This document shows positions 38,783 through 48,302 of a stretch of DNA of 64,000 bases, piece after piece. Where the stretch lies: NCBI GenBank assembly GCA_036564175.1, contig DATCKZ010000012.1:18373-82372 (forward strand), given 5' to 3'. Below the pieces are notes generated by a model. That model was not told the DNA's origin and ran no database searches. It worked only from the letters and a program-made list of their open reading frames with translations. A program made the translations under genes and the position numbers. Numbering within the stretch: position 1 is the stretch's first letter; every line of letters begins with the position of its first letter. This DNA comes from Natronosporangium sp. Lineage in GTDB: Bacteria; Actinomycetota; Actinomycetes; Mycobacteriales; Micromonosporaceae.

Positions 38783-39886
38783 ATGAGCACCGCCGGTGAG
38801 CTGGCCTCCCACCTGCCCGACATCGCGCAGCAACGACTGCGCAACCAGCGGCTAACCGGCGCACGGTTGCCGGGCATCACCGAGGTGGTCGGCTGGTTCG
38901 GCGCGGTGCAGTCGCAAGAGTACGCGGTGGCGAAGTGGTCGGTCGGCGAGCGCGCCACTGGTTCGACCGATGCCGCGTTGGACCGGGCGCTCGCGGACGG
39001 CACCATCATCCGTACCCACGTGCCGCGCGGCACCTGGCACTTCATCAACGCGGAAGACGTCCGCTGGCTGATCGAGCTGACCGGGCCCCGGGTGCACACC
39101 CGGATGGCGACCTACTACCGGCAGCAAGGGTTGGACAGTGTGGCGTTCGACAAATGTCACAGGCTGCTCGTTGACCTGCTCAGCGGCGGCAACCAGCTCA
39201 CCCGCAAGGAGCTCGCCACCGCCATCATCGAGGCGGGGATCGCCGCCGACAACTTCACCGTCGGTTTCCTTCTCATTCACGCGGAGTTGGAGCAGGTCGT
39301 CTGTAGTGGAGGGTTGAAGGGCAAGCAGCGGACGTACGCGCTGTTCGACGAGCGGGTGCCGCCGGCGCCACCGCGGGACCGGGACGAGGCGCTCGCTGAC
39401 CTGGTCCGGCGCTACTTCACCAGCCACGGTCCGGCCACCCGGGCCGACTTCCAGTGGTGGTCCGGCTTGGTCGCGGCTGACGCCAAGCGCGGCCTGGCGC
39501 TGGTCGGGGCCGACCTGGTTGCCACCGAAGTGGACGGCCAGCAGTACTGGTCGGCGCCGGGCGAGCCGCCTGGTCGACCCGAGCCGTCACCGACCGTCCA
39601 CTTGCTGCAGGCGTTCGACGAGTACCTGGTCGCGTACACCGGGCGGCGTAAGGCGTTCGACCTCGCCGGATTGGCTAGCGTCCGGGACCCGATGCTGCAC
39701 GTGGTCATCGTGGACGGGCAGTTCGCCGGGGGCTGGCGGCGGACCCTCACCGCAGACGCCATGACCATCGAGGTACGGCCGGCGCGGCCGTTCGAGCCGG
39801 CGGAGCAAGCCGCACTCGCCGCCGCGGTCGACGAGTACGCGGCGTTCGTCGGTGTCCCGGCCACCCTGGTGGTGCCGGATGCGTGA
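38783..39886 (+). CDS. AlkZ/YcaQ (HTH_42) family DNA glycosylase (interstrand-crosslink repair type)
   Basis: AVQSQE (QxQ motif), THVPRGTWH, YFTSHGPAT..DF.WWSG, LLQAFDEYLVAY. Confidence 0.85.
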   Translation: MSTAGELASHLPDIAQQRLRNQRLTGARLPGITEVVGWFGAVQSQEYAVAKWSVGERATGSTDAALDRALADGTIIRTHVPRGTWHFINAEDVRWLIELTGPRVHTRMATYYRQQGLDSVAFDKCHRLLVDLLSGGNQLTRKELATAIIEAGIAADNFTVGFLLIHAELEQVVCSGGLKGKQRTYALFDERVPPAPPRDRDEALADLVRRYFTSHGPATRADFQWWSGLVAADAKRGLALVGADLVATEVDGQQYWSAPGEPPGRPEPSPTVHLLQAFDEYLVAYTGRRKAFDLAGLASVRDPMLHVVIVDGQFAGGWRRTLTADAMTIEVRPARPFEPAEQAALAAAVDEYAAFVGVPATLVVPDA

Positions 39887-40466
39887 CCTGCCGATCACCG
39901 GCTTCCTGGACCAGCTCGCCGCCCGGGTGCCGGCGCCCGGCGGTGGCGCCACCGCGGCGCTGCACGCCGCGCAGGCGGCGGCGTTGCTCGGCATGGTCGC
40001 CCGGTACAGCGACGGTCCAAAGTACACCGAGCACGCGGCGACGATCGACCGGATCCGCGACGAAGCCGACGCGATCCGCGAGCAGGCAGTGGCGCTGATC
40101 GAGGCCGACGTCGAGGCGTTCGGCGAGGTGGCCGCGGCCTACCGGCTGCCGAAGCAGACCGACCAGCAGCGGGCGGACCGGTCCGCCGCGCTCGCGGCGG
40201 CGACCGCCCGGGCGGCCGAGCCGCCGGCGGCCGTGCTCACCGCCGCCGGCCGGCTGGTCGAGCTCGCCGAGCAGCTGCTGCCGGTCGGCAACCCGAACGT
40301 GGTCACCGACGTGGCCGCCGCGGCCGAGGCCGCCCGCGCGGCCGCCACCACCGCCCGGCTCAACCTCGAGGTCAACCGGGCCAGCGTCCAGGACGGTGAG
40401 GTCGAGGCGGTGATCGCCCGGGCCGACCGGGTCACCGCCGCGGTCCGGGCGACCATCGCGGGATGA
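39879..40466 (+). CDS. Cyclodeaminase/cyclohydrolase family protein (FTCD_C, FchA-like)
   Basis: FLDQLAARVPAPGGG, GMVARYS, D..AF..V..AYRLP, GNPNVVTD. Confidence 0.88.
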   Translation: MRDLPITGFLDQLAARVPAPGGGATAALHAAQAAALLGMVARYSDGPKYTEHAATIDRIRDEADAIREQAVALIEADVEAFGEVAAAYRLPKQTDQQRADRSAALAAATARAAEPPAAVLTAAGRLVELAEQLLPVGNPNVVTDVAAAAEAARAAATTARLNLEVNRASVQDGEVEAVIARADRVTAAVRATIAG

Positions 40467-41326
40467 GTCACGGCATGACCATCCCGTCGGTGCTCACCGG
40501 TCGCGAGCTGGCGGCCGCGATCCGGACCGAGGTCGCCGAGGCGGCGGCCGAGCTCACCGCCGCCGGCCGGCAGCCGCGGTTGGCGGTGGTCACCGCCACC
40601 GCCGACGAGGCCAGCGCCTGGTATGTCCGGTCGATCGCGACCGCGGCCGGGAAGGTCGGGATCGCCTGCGATGTGATCGACCTGGGGCCGGCCGCGGCCC
40701 GGGAAGCGATCAGCGCCGAGCTGACCCGGCTCAGCGCCGACCGGCAGGTCGCCGGGATCATCCTGCAGACCCCGCTACCGGGTGGGATCTCGCCGGCCGA
40801 GCTTGCCGGCGCGATCACGGTCGGCAAGGACGTCGACGGGGCCAACCCGCACTCGCTGGGCCGGCTGGTGGCCGGCTTGCCGGCGTTCGCGCCGGCGACC
40901 GCCGAGGCGGTGATCGCCCTGCTGGAGCACTACCGGGTGCCGCTGGCCGGCCGCCGGGCGGTGGTGGTCGGGCGCTCCACTGTGGTCGGCAAGCCGGTCG
41001 CGCAGCTGCTGCTGCAGCGGCACGCCACGGTGACGATCTGCCACTCCCGGACCAGCGACCTGGGGCAGGTGACCGCCACCGCCGAGGTCCTGGTGGTCGC
41101 GGCCGGCCGGGCCGGGCTGATCGGCCCCGGGCAGGTGCGGCCCGGCGCGGTGGTGATCGACGTCGGCGCCAACCCGACCGATGCCGGCGGGCTAGCCGGT
41201 GACGTCGACCCGGCGGTGGCGGAGGTTGCCGCAGCACTTACGCCGGTGCCCGGCGGGGTCGGTCCGGTGACCACCGCGCTGCTGCTGCGCCATACCGTGG
41301 CGGCGGCACGCGAAGCCGCCGGCTAG
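40463..41326 (+). CDS. folD: Bifunctional methylene-THF dehydrogenase / methenyl-THF cyclohydrolase FolD
   Basis: KDVDG, VVGRSTVVGKP, TVTICHSRT, VIDVG, TPVPGGVGPVT. Confidence 0.93.
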   Translation: MSHGMTIPSVLTGRELAAAIRTEVAEAAAELTAAGRQPRLAVVTATADEASAWYVRSIATAAGKVGIACDVIDLGPAAAREAISAELTRLSADRQVAGIILQTPLPGGISPAELAGAITVGKDVDGANPHSLGRLVAGLPAFAPATAEAVIALLEHYRVPLAGRRAVVVGRSTVVGKPVAQLLLQRHATVTICHSRTSDLGQVTATAEVLVVAAGRAGLIGPGQVRPGAVVIDVGANPTDAGGLAGDVDPAVAEVAAALTPVPGGVGPVTTALLLRHTVAAAREAAG

Positions 41327-41409
41327 CGCGGCGGCGGCCTGGCGAAGCTGCCGGCGAGCGCGGCTGTCCGCCGAGCGCAGCAGCCGGCGGCTGATCCGGT
41401 GGCGGGTGG

Positions 41410-41781
41410 CTAGCTCCGCTTGGCCAGCAGGTCCGCGAGCACCCGGGCCTGGCTGAGGTCGACCTCCCGGGTGGCGGTGAGCAGGGTCAGCCGGCCCCGC
41501 TCGCGGGCGAGCGCGCGCAGCTCGGCGAGCGCCTCGGTGGCGCCGCGCAGCTCGGCCTCGTATCGCCGCCGGAACTCCTCGAACTTGGCCGGGTCGTGCC
41601 CGTACCACTTCCGCAGCTCGGTGCTGGGTGCCACGTCCTTGCGCCAAGCGTCCAGCCGGGCGGCGTCCTTGGTCAGCCCGCGCGGCCACACCCGGTCCAC
41701 CAGCACCCGCACACCGTCGTCGCCGGGCTCGTCGTACACCCGGCGGACCCGTACCTCAAGCTCGCCCCGGCGCGCTGGCAT
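41410..41781 (-). CDS. DUF488 family protein
   Basis: RRVYD..DDGVRVLVDRVWPRG, VAPSTELRKWYGH, F..RY..EL. Confidence 0.87.
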   Translation of the reverse strand: MPARRGELEVRVRRVYDEPGDDGVRVLVDRVWPRGLTKDAARLDAWRKDVAPSTELRKWYGHDPAKFEEFRRRYEAELRGATEALAELRALARERGRLTLLTATREVDLSQARVLADLLAKRS

Positions 41782-41907
41782 CACGGCCAGTCTATCGCCC
41801 GAGCCAGGCCGTCGCCGGGCCGCGATCGTGAAAACGTCGACGTCACCAGGGTCGCCGGGTGGGTGGCTGCCCCGGGCTGCGATCGACCCGGCCGGTGGGG
41901 CAAGATC

Positions 41908-42651
41908 ATGCGCGTGCTGAAGGCGGTCCTCTTTGATCTGGACGGCACCCTTGTGGACAACGTTTCACTATGGCGGGAAGCGTTGTCCGCACTCATGGTG
42001 GCGCGGCAGGGACATCCGGTAGCCGGCGCGGTCGATGGCCTGCGCGGAACCAGTGTGGCCGAAGCGGTGGCGACCGTGGGGCGTCGGCTGGGCTGGCCGG
42101 CGAGCCGCGCCACTATGGATGAACACTGGGTGGTGAACTGGGTTCGCGATCGTTACCACGCCGGTGTGCCGTGGCGGGAAGGCGCCCATGAGCTGGTCGC
42201 CGCGGCGCGCGCCCGGGGCCTGAAGACCGCGCTGGTCACCGCCAGCAGCCGGGAGCTGGTCGAGGCGGTCCGCAAAGACCGGCACTGTCCCGACTTCGAC
42301 GAACTGGTGACCGGCGACGACGTGACAGCGACCAAGCCGGCGCCGGAGCCATACCGGACGGCGGCGGAGTGGCTCGAATGCGAACCGGAGCACTGCCTGG
42401 CGGTGGAGGACTCACCGGTCGGCGTCGCCAGCGCGCTGAGCGCCGGGTGCTTCGTAATCGCCGTCGGTCCGGATGCCCTGACCGCGGAGACCGCCGGCGC
42501 GGACCCCGCCCGGCTGCGGTGCGTCGAGACCTTGGCCGAGATCCGGCTGGACGAGATCCAGTTGCCCGAGGTCGCGTTACCCGGGATCCGGCCGGACCGG
42601 CTCCTCGGTGCGCCGATCATGGCTCGTGCGGCGACGACCGGGGTAGACTGA
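41908..42651 (+). CDS. HAD family phosphatase (beta-PGM/CbbY-like)
   Basis: LFDLDGTLVD, LVTAS, KPAPEPY, VEDSPVGV. Confidence 0.87.
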   Translation: MRVLKAVLFDLDGTLVDNVSLWREALSALMVARQGHPVAGAVDGLRGTSVAEAVATVGRRLGWPASRATMDEHWVVNWVRDRYHAGVPWREGAHELVAAARARGLKTALVTASSRELVEAVRKDRHCPDFDELVTGDDVTATKPAPEPYRTAAEWLECEPEHCLAVEDSPVGVASALSAGCFVIAVGPDALTAETAGADPARLRCVETLAEIRLDEIQLPEVALPGIRPDRLLGAPIMARAATTGVD

Positions 42652-42674
42652 AATCCCCATCATAAGGCGATCGA

Positions 42675-43598
42675 ATGGCGCATTCCCCACTCAATGACGC
42701 GGTGGCTGCCTTCGCCGCCGAACTGACCCGCTGGCGGGTGGAACGAGGGCTGACGAAGAAGCAATTAGCCCGCCTGATGGGATTCGACCCGTCGTACGTC
42801 AGCCACATCGAGGGAAAGCGCCACCGGCCCACAGAGGACTTCGCCCGCCGGGCCGAGCGGGTGCTGCGGTCGGACAACGCGATCTGGCGACAGTTCGTCA
42901 GGTACGACTACCTGCGGCGCAGATCGGCGGCCACCGGTGGCCATGACACCGAGCCGCTGGCTCAGCCGCACGAGGCCACGGTCGAGATCGAAGAGGAGGT
43001 CACCACCCTCTCCTACCGGCAAGGTTGGTATCACTGCTCGGTCGTCCACCAGCTCATCAACCGCGGCTCCACGCCGGTGACACGGCATATCGTGCAAGTC
43101 GACCAGGCCCTTTCCGACTGGGACGAGCTGCAATTTCACGCTACATTGGGAACCGATCGGCCGGAGGTCATCAAATGGCAGCCGCCGCGCAGCCGTGCGG
43201 CGTACGACGAGGTGTTGCTGCTATTTGAAAGCGCCGATCTGCAATTGCCGCTGTACCCCGACCAGCGCACGACCGCCGCTTATCAGTACCGGGTGCGGGA
43301 GGACCGGCTCGGCAGCTCTTTCGAGCGGGACGTCCGGACCTCGACCTGGCGGCTCCGGGTACAGCTGGAGTTCCCCGCCGAGTTGGCGCCGGCGGTCTGG
43401 GGTTACCAGACCTCGCTCGCGACCGAGTCGGAACTGCCGGCGCCGGAGCGCACAACCGCGCCGGGCCGGACCGGGTTCGAGTGGCGGATCGAGCACCCAA
43501 TGCTGCTCACGCATTTCCGGTTCGGCTGGGCGTTCCACCTGCCACCCGGCGACGGTCCCGGCGCTGATCCCAGCGGTCAGCGATCCGCCGAAGGATAG
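42675..43598 (+). CDS. XRE-family HTH regulator with uncharacterised beta-rich C-terminal domain
   Basis: WRVERGLTKKQLARLMGFDPSYVSHIEGKRHRPT HTH. Confidence 0.8.
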   Translation: MAHSPLNDAVAAFAAELTRWRVERGLTKKQLARLMGFDPSYVSHIEGKRHRPTEDFARRAERVLRSDNAIWRQFVRYDYLRRRSAATGGHDTEPLAQPHEATVEIEEEVTTLSYRQGWYHCSVVHQLINRGSTPVTRHIVQVDQALSDWDELQFHATLGTDRPEVIKWQPPRSRAAYDEVLLLFESADLQLPLYPDQRTTAAYQYRVREDRLGSSFERDVRTSTWRLRVQLEFPAELAPAVWGYQTSLATESELPAPERTTAPGRTGFEWRIEHPMLLTHFRFGWAFHLPPGDGPGADPSGQRSAEG

Positions 43599-45253
43599 TC
43601 GGGGGTCCACATGAGCCCGTCGATGATCGACGGCAGGTCCGGGTCCGGCCCCAGCTTGGCCACCCCGCTGCGGACCGCCTCGGTCGCCACCGCGATCGCG
43701 ATCGCCCGGGACACCCGCCGTAGGTCGGCCAGGCGCGGGTAGAGCGCGCCGTCGGCGAGCCGGTTCGCCGGGACCAACCCGGCGAGCGTCTCCGCCGCCA
43801 CCAGGAACATCTCGTCGGTGACCTCGGTCGCGCCGGACGCGATCACCCCGAGCCCGACCCCCGGGAAGATGAAGACGTTGTTCGCCTGCCCGACCAGCCG
43901 AGTCCGGCCGCCGGACTCGACCGGCGGGAACGGGCTGCCGGTCGCCACCAGCGCCCGGCCGTCGCTCCAGGCCAGGACCTCGGCCGGGGTCGCCTCGGCG
44001 TTGGCGGTCGGGTTGGACAGCGGCAGCACGATCGGCACCGGCGTGTGCGCGGCCATCGCCCGGATCGCCGACTCGGTGAACACCCCCGGCTGGCCGCTGG
44101 TGCCGATCAGGATGGTCGGCCGGACCCGCCGGATCACGCTCGCCAGGTCGCGGTGCTCGCCCGGCTCGAACCCGTACCCGGCCAGCTCGGTCGGGCTCAG
44201 CGCGAACCGCCGCTTGTCCTCGTCGACCCGGTCCCGCCCCTCGTAAATGAGCCCCCCCGAGTCGAGCATCACCAGCGCCCGCCGCCGGTCGGCCGCGGCC
44301 GCGCCTTCCTGGCGCATCACCGCGTCGACCAGCCCGGCGATCCCGGTCCCGGCCGCCCCGGCGCCGACCAGCACCAGCCGCTGCGCGGACATCGGTTCCC
44401 GCCGGGCCCGCAGCGCGGCGAGGATCCCGGCCACCGCCACCGCGGCCGTGCCCTGGATGTCATCGTTGAAGCTCGCGATCCGCTTCCGGTAGCGGTGCAG
44501 CACCCGGATCGCGTTGTGCTGCTTGAAGTCCTCCCACTGCAGCAGCACCCCGGGCCAGACCTGCCGGACCGCCTCGACGAACGCCTCGATGAACGCGTCA
44601 TAGGCGGCGCCGCGCAGTCGCCGCTTCGGGTAGCCGAGGTAGTACGGGTCGGCGAGCAGCTCTTCGTTGTCGGTGCCGCAGTCCAGCGAAACCGGCAGGG
44701 TGGTGCCCGGCTGGATGCCGGCCCCGACCGCGTAGAGCGCGAGCTTGCCGATCGGTATCCCGATGCCGCCCGCGCCCAGATCCCCGAGCCCGAGGATCCG
44801 TTCGTTGTCGGTGGCGACGATCAGCCGTACCTCGGCCTGGCCGGTGTTGCGCAGCAACTGCGGGATCCGGCCGACATCGTCCGGCGTGATCCAGAGCCCG
44901 CGCGGCCGGCGCACGATGTGGCTGAACCGCTGGCACGCCTCGCCGACGGTCGGGGTGTAGACGATCGGGGCGAGCTCCTCCAGGTGGTCGAGCAGCAACC
45001 TGTGAAACAGGGTCTCGTTCCGGTCCTGCAGCGCCGCCAACCCGATGTACTTCTCCAGGTTGTCCGGCTTGCGGCGCAGCCGCGCCAGCTCCAGCGCCAC
45101 CTGCTGCTCGATGGTCGCGGTCCGCCACGGCAGCAGTCCGCGCAGCCCCAGCGCCTCCCGCTCCGCTTCCGTGAACGCCGCATCCTTGTTGTACTGAGGA
45201 TTCGCCAGCACGCCGGCGCCGCGCAGCTGGTGACCCGTCTCGACTCCACCCAC
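43577..45253 (-). CDS. maeA: NAD-dependent malic enzyme (SfcA/MaeA type)
   Basis: PIVYTPTVGEAC, ERILGLGDLG, QWEDF, FNDDIQGT, GAGAAG, PLSNPT, QANN..IFPG. Confidence 0.93.
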   Translation of the reverse strand: MGGVETGHQLRGAGVLANPQYNKDAAFTEAEREALGLRGLLPWRTATIEQQVALELARLRRKPDNLEKYIGLAALQDRNETLFHRLLLDHLEELAPIVYTPTVGEACQRFSHIVRRPRGLWITPDDVGRIPQLLRNTGQAEVRLIVATDNERILGLGDLGAGGIGIPIGKLALYAVGAGIQPGTTLPVSLDCGTDNEELLADPYYLGYPKRRLRGAAYDAFIEAFVEAVRQVWPGVLLQWEDFKQHNAIRVLHRYRKRIASFNDDIQGTAAVAVAGILAALRARREPMSAQRLVLVGAGAAGTGIAGLVDAVMRQEGAAAADRRRALVMLDSGGLIYEGRDRVDEDKRRFALSPTELAGYGFEPGEHRDLASVIRRVRPTILIGTSGQPGVFTESAIRAMAAHTPVPIVLPLSNPTANAEATPAEVLAWSDGRALVATGSPFPPVESGGRTRLVGQANNVFIFPGVGLGVIASGATEVTDEMFLVAAETLAGLVPANRLADGALYPRLADLRRVSRAIAIAVATEAVRSGVAKLGPDPDLPSIIDGLMWTPDYPSADR

Positions 45254-45303
45254 GTGCTGACTCTAGACCGGTGGTGGGGCCGGGGTCGGCGGTGGTGCGT
45301 GTC

Positions 45304-45346
45304 CGATCATCGGCTGTGCGATCATCGGCTGTGCGATCATCGGCTG
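45304..45346. repeat. Tandem repeat, 15-bp period, about 3 copies (CGATCATCGGCTGTG)
   Basis: Directly visible immediately before the ATG at 45347. Confidence 0.9.
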
Positions 45347-45997
45347 ATGCGTATCGCCCCGGACGGCAGCCCGGTTGAGCTCTACCGCCGGCTACCGGAG
45401 CGGCTCGACGACGCCGCGCTGATCCACGACCTGCTGCCCGCCAGTGCCTCCATTCTGGACCTCGGCTGCGGGACCGGCCGGCTCGCCGAGCCGCTGGCCC
45501 GGCTCGGTCACCCGGTGACCGGCGTGGACAACGAGCCCGAGATGCTCGCCGAGCTCCGGCTCGCCACCGGCGTCCACGCCGACATCGTGTCCCTCGACCT
45601 CGGTCAGCAGTTCGACGCCGTGCTGCTGATGAGCCATTTCGTGGACACCGCGGACGACGAACTCGTCTACGGCACACTCAGGACGGTCCGCCGCCACCTG
45701 CGCGACGGCGGGCTCGCGGTGGTGGAGCGGCACCCGCCCGGCTGGGTGGCGACCGCCACCGAGTCCGACCGGGAGGTGAACGGCGTGCGGCTGATCCTCA
45801 CCGACCTCGAGCGCGCCGGCGACGTGCTGACCGCCACGATCCGGTACGAGTTCGACGGGCTGAGCGCCGAGCAACGGTTCTCCGTGCGCGACCTCGACGA
45901 CGACCGGCTACGTGCGCTCGCCGGTGAGGTCGGGCTCCGGGTCGAGCGGTCGCTCAACCCGACCGCCACGCTGGTCGCGCTCCGGCCGGCGGACTAG
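45347..45997 (+). CDS. Class I SAM-dependent methyltransferase
   Basis: ILDLGCGTGR, VTGVD...ML, FDAV; PDGSPVELY N-terminus. Confidence 0.87.
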   Translation: MRIAPDGSPVELYRRLPERLDDAALIHDLLPASASILDLGCGTGRLAEPLARLGHPVTGVDNEPEMLAELRLATGVHADIVSLDLGQQFDAVLLMSHFVDTADDELVYGTLRTVRRHLRDGGLAVVERHPPGWVATATESDREVNGVRLILTDLERAGDVLTATIRYEFDGLSAEQRFSVRDLDDDRLRALAGEVGLRVERSLNPTATLVALRPAD

Positions 45998-46027
45998 TCC
46001 CGGTTGAGCTAGCGGACCGATCGGTCA

Positions 46028-46134
46028 CCGGGAGAACGATTCGCCGGGAGAACGAGTCGCCGGGAGACCGTGCTATCGGCAGGAACCGGTTACTGGGAGA
46101 ACCGGTACTGGGAGAACCGGTTACTGGGAGAACC
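46028..46134. repeat. Direct-repeat array, about 16-bp period, GGGAGAAC core (7 units)
   Basis: Cores at 46030, 46046, 46062, (46079), 46095, 46110 and 46126. Confidence 0.85.
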
Positions 46135-46151
46135 AACCGCGCTCGCGATAC

Positions 46152-46670
46152 GTGACTGTAGACGTGGGCAGTTCCCGTCACGCCACGCCGCCCCGGATCG
46201 TCGGCCGGGTGCGCGTCGAGGAGCCCGGCCGGTCGCCGCTGGTGGTCGTGCTCGGGTCGGCCGGCCCGGGCCTGACCCGGGTGCATCGGGTGCTCGTCTC
46301 GGCCGGGGTACCGGTGGTTTTCGGCGAAGTCCGGACCGAGGCGGCCCGAACCCAGCTGATCGCCGACCACTGGGCCCGGTGGCAGCGCGGCCCGGTGCTC
46401 GCCGTCCTGGTCGACCCGGTCCCGGTCGACTGGTCGGTGCCGACCGCACTCGGCGCCCGTACCGTCGTGGTTCTCTCCGCCGACCCTGACCCCACCAGCC
46501 TGGCCGACCTTTTGCTGCGGGGCGCCTGCGCGGTTGTGCGCGGCGCGGAGGTCGACCAAGACCTGGCGCCGGTGCTGTCGCTGGTGGTGCGCGGCTACGT
46601 GGCGATGGACGCCGCCCGGATGGCCGACCTCACCGACGCGGCGGTGGTTCAGGTACCGTCGCACCAATGA
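46152..46670 (+). CDS. Hypothetical protein, possibly a degenerate receiver-like domain
   Basis: GC3-rich frame; ATGA coupling to the downstream hydrolase; VVVLS...LLRGACAVV...L..V.RG resembles the C-terminal half of a REC domain. Confidence 0.5.
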   Translation: MTVDVGSSRHATPPRIVGRVRVEEPGRSPLVVVLGSAGPGLTRVHRVLVSAGVPVVFGEVRTEAARTQLIADHWARWQRGPVLAVLVDPVPVDWSVPTALGARTVVVLSADPDPTSLADLLLRGACAVVRGAEVDQDLAPVLSLVVRGYVAMDAARMADLTDAAVVQVPSHQ

Positions 46671-47515
46671 CCATGGTCAACGTGAACGGCGTGGCGCTGT
46701 GCGTCGAGACGTCCGGCTCGCCCGCCGACCCGGCGATCCTGCTGATCGGCGGCGCTACCGCCTCGATGGACTGGTGGGAGGACGAGTTCTGCGACCGCCT
46801 CACCGGCCGATTCGTGATCCGCTACGACCACCGGGACACCGGGCAGTCGGTCAGCTATCCGGCCGGCGAGCCCGGGTACACCGGGACCGATCTGGTGCGG
46901 GACGCGGTGGGAGTGCTCGACGCGCTCGGCGTGCCCCGGGCCCACCTGGTCGGGGTCTCGATGGGCGGTGCGATCGCCCAGCAGATCGCGCTGGAGCACC
47001 CGGACCGGGTCGCGTCGCTCACGCTGATCGCCACCAGCCCGATCGCCCGTGGACCGGACGCACCCGAGCTACCGCCGCCGGCCGACCGGGTACGGGCGGC
47101 GTTCGCCGACCCGGCACCGCCGCCGGACTGGTCGGACCGGGCGGCGGCGATCGACGCCATCGTGGACGGTGAGCGGCCGTTCCGCGGTTCGCTGCCGCTG
47201 GACGAGCGGCGGCTGCGCGAGCTCGCCGGCCGGGTGGTCGACCGGACCGGCAACCTGGCCGCCGCCATGACCAACCATTGGCTGATGGCCGAGGGCGAGC
47301 CGGTCACCGCCACTGTGGCGGACATTGCGGTGCCGACGCTGGTGCTGCATGGCACCGAGGACCCGCTGTTCCCGTACCCGCACGGCGAGGCGCTGGCCAG
47401 CGAGATCCCCGACGCCCGGCTGATCCCGCTGGCGGGGATGGGCCACGAGGTGCCGCCGCCGGCCGTCTGGGGGACCGTGATCCCGGCCCTGCTCGCGCAC
47501 ACGGCGCCCAGCTGA
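46667..47515 (+). CDS. Alpha/beta fold hydrolase
   Basis: RYDHRDTGQS, GVSMGG nucleophile elbow, HGTEDP, GMGHE. Confidence 0.9.
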   Translation: MTMVNVNGVALCVETSGSPADPAILLIGGATASMDWWEDEFCDRLTGRFVIRYDHRDTGQSVSYPAGEPGYTGTDLVRDAVGVLDALGVPRAHLVGVSMGGAIAQQIALEHPDRVASLTLIATSPIARGPDAPELPPPADRVRAAFADPAPPPDWSDRAAAIDAIVDGERPFRGSLPLDERRLRELAGRVVDRTGNLAAAMTNHWLMAEGEPVTATVADIAVPTLVLHGTEDPLFPYPHGEALASEIPDARLIPLAGMGHEVPPPAVWGTVIPALLAHTAPS

Positions 47516-47516
47516 G

Positions 47517-48191
47517 CTACGCGAGGGACGGCGGCAGCACCGGGTGCCGCAGGCCCGGATGGTCCGGCGGGAGCGCGGCCCGCACCACCCACCAGGAGAC
47601 CGCCAGGCAGGCCGCGACCAACGGCCAGGTGAGCACGACCCGGGCGGTAGCCAGCGCCACCACCTGGTCGGCCATCCAGAGTGGCGTGAACACCGCCACC
47701 CGGATCGCGTACTGAAGCACCCAGACCCAGCTGCCGCGGCTGTACGCGCGCAGCAGTGCCGGATCCCGCCGCCACCGGGTCTTCTGCCCGAGCACCGCGC
47801 CGACCACCACCCCGAGTAGCGGCCACCGGATCGTGATGCTGACCAGCCAGGCCAACGCGCTGGCGAGGTTCGTGACCAGCTGGACCAGGAAGAAGTCGAC
47901 CGCCCGGCCGGTCCGGAGCACGATCAGCGCCGCGACTCCCACCATCAGCAGGCCGACCAACGCGGCCCGTGGCTTGGTGCCGCGGGCGAGCCGCCAGCCG
48001 GCGATCAGCGCGGCGGCGGCGATCGCGGCGATCGCGCCGATGGTGACCGACTCGCCGGCGGCGAGCCAGCCGATCACGAACGCCACCGGGGGGACGGTCG
48101 CGTCGATCGCGCCGCGCCGGCCACCGAGCAGCTTCGCCAGCGACTCCGGCGGGGGTACGCCGGTCTGCGACTGCAAGCGCTCACCTCCCAT
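47517..48191 (-). CDS. DUF3159 family membrane protein
   Basis: LLGGRRGAIDA..PP, RTGRA.DFF, RWPLLGVVVG, WRRDP. Confidence 0.8.
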   Translation of the reverse strand: MGGERLQSQTGVPPPESLAKLLGGRRGAIDATVPPVAFVIGWLAAGESVTIGAIAAIAAAALIAGWRLARGTKPRAALVGLLMVGVAALIVLRTGRAVDFFLVQLVTNLASALAWLVSITIRWPLLGVVVGAVLGQKTRWRRDPALLRAYSRGSWVWVLQYAIRVAVFTPLWMADQVVALATARVVLTWPLVAACLAVSWWVVRAALPPDHPGLRHPVLPPSLA

Positions 48192-48302
48192 CCGCCCGCC
48201 CCCGTACGGGATTGCTTGCGAGTAAGGCCAGCCTAACCCCCGGCGGCGAGTGTCCCGGTGGCGTGCGCCGGCAACCGTGGTGACCTGTGGCACGATCATG
48301 CG

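Noticed and set aside
44045-45346. Long N-terminal extension making a 650-aa methyltransferase (likewise extensions at 24916, 41596, 50876, 56390, 57028 and 57970)
   Set aside because: The extensions overlap real genes and are low-complexity; recognisable domains begin at downstream starts.
46028-46134. Possible mini-CRISPR array
   Set aside because: The period is only about 16 bp, the inter-core sequences are near-identical rather than unique spacers, and no cas genes are present.
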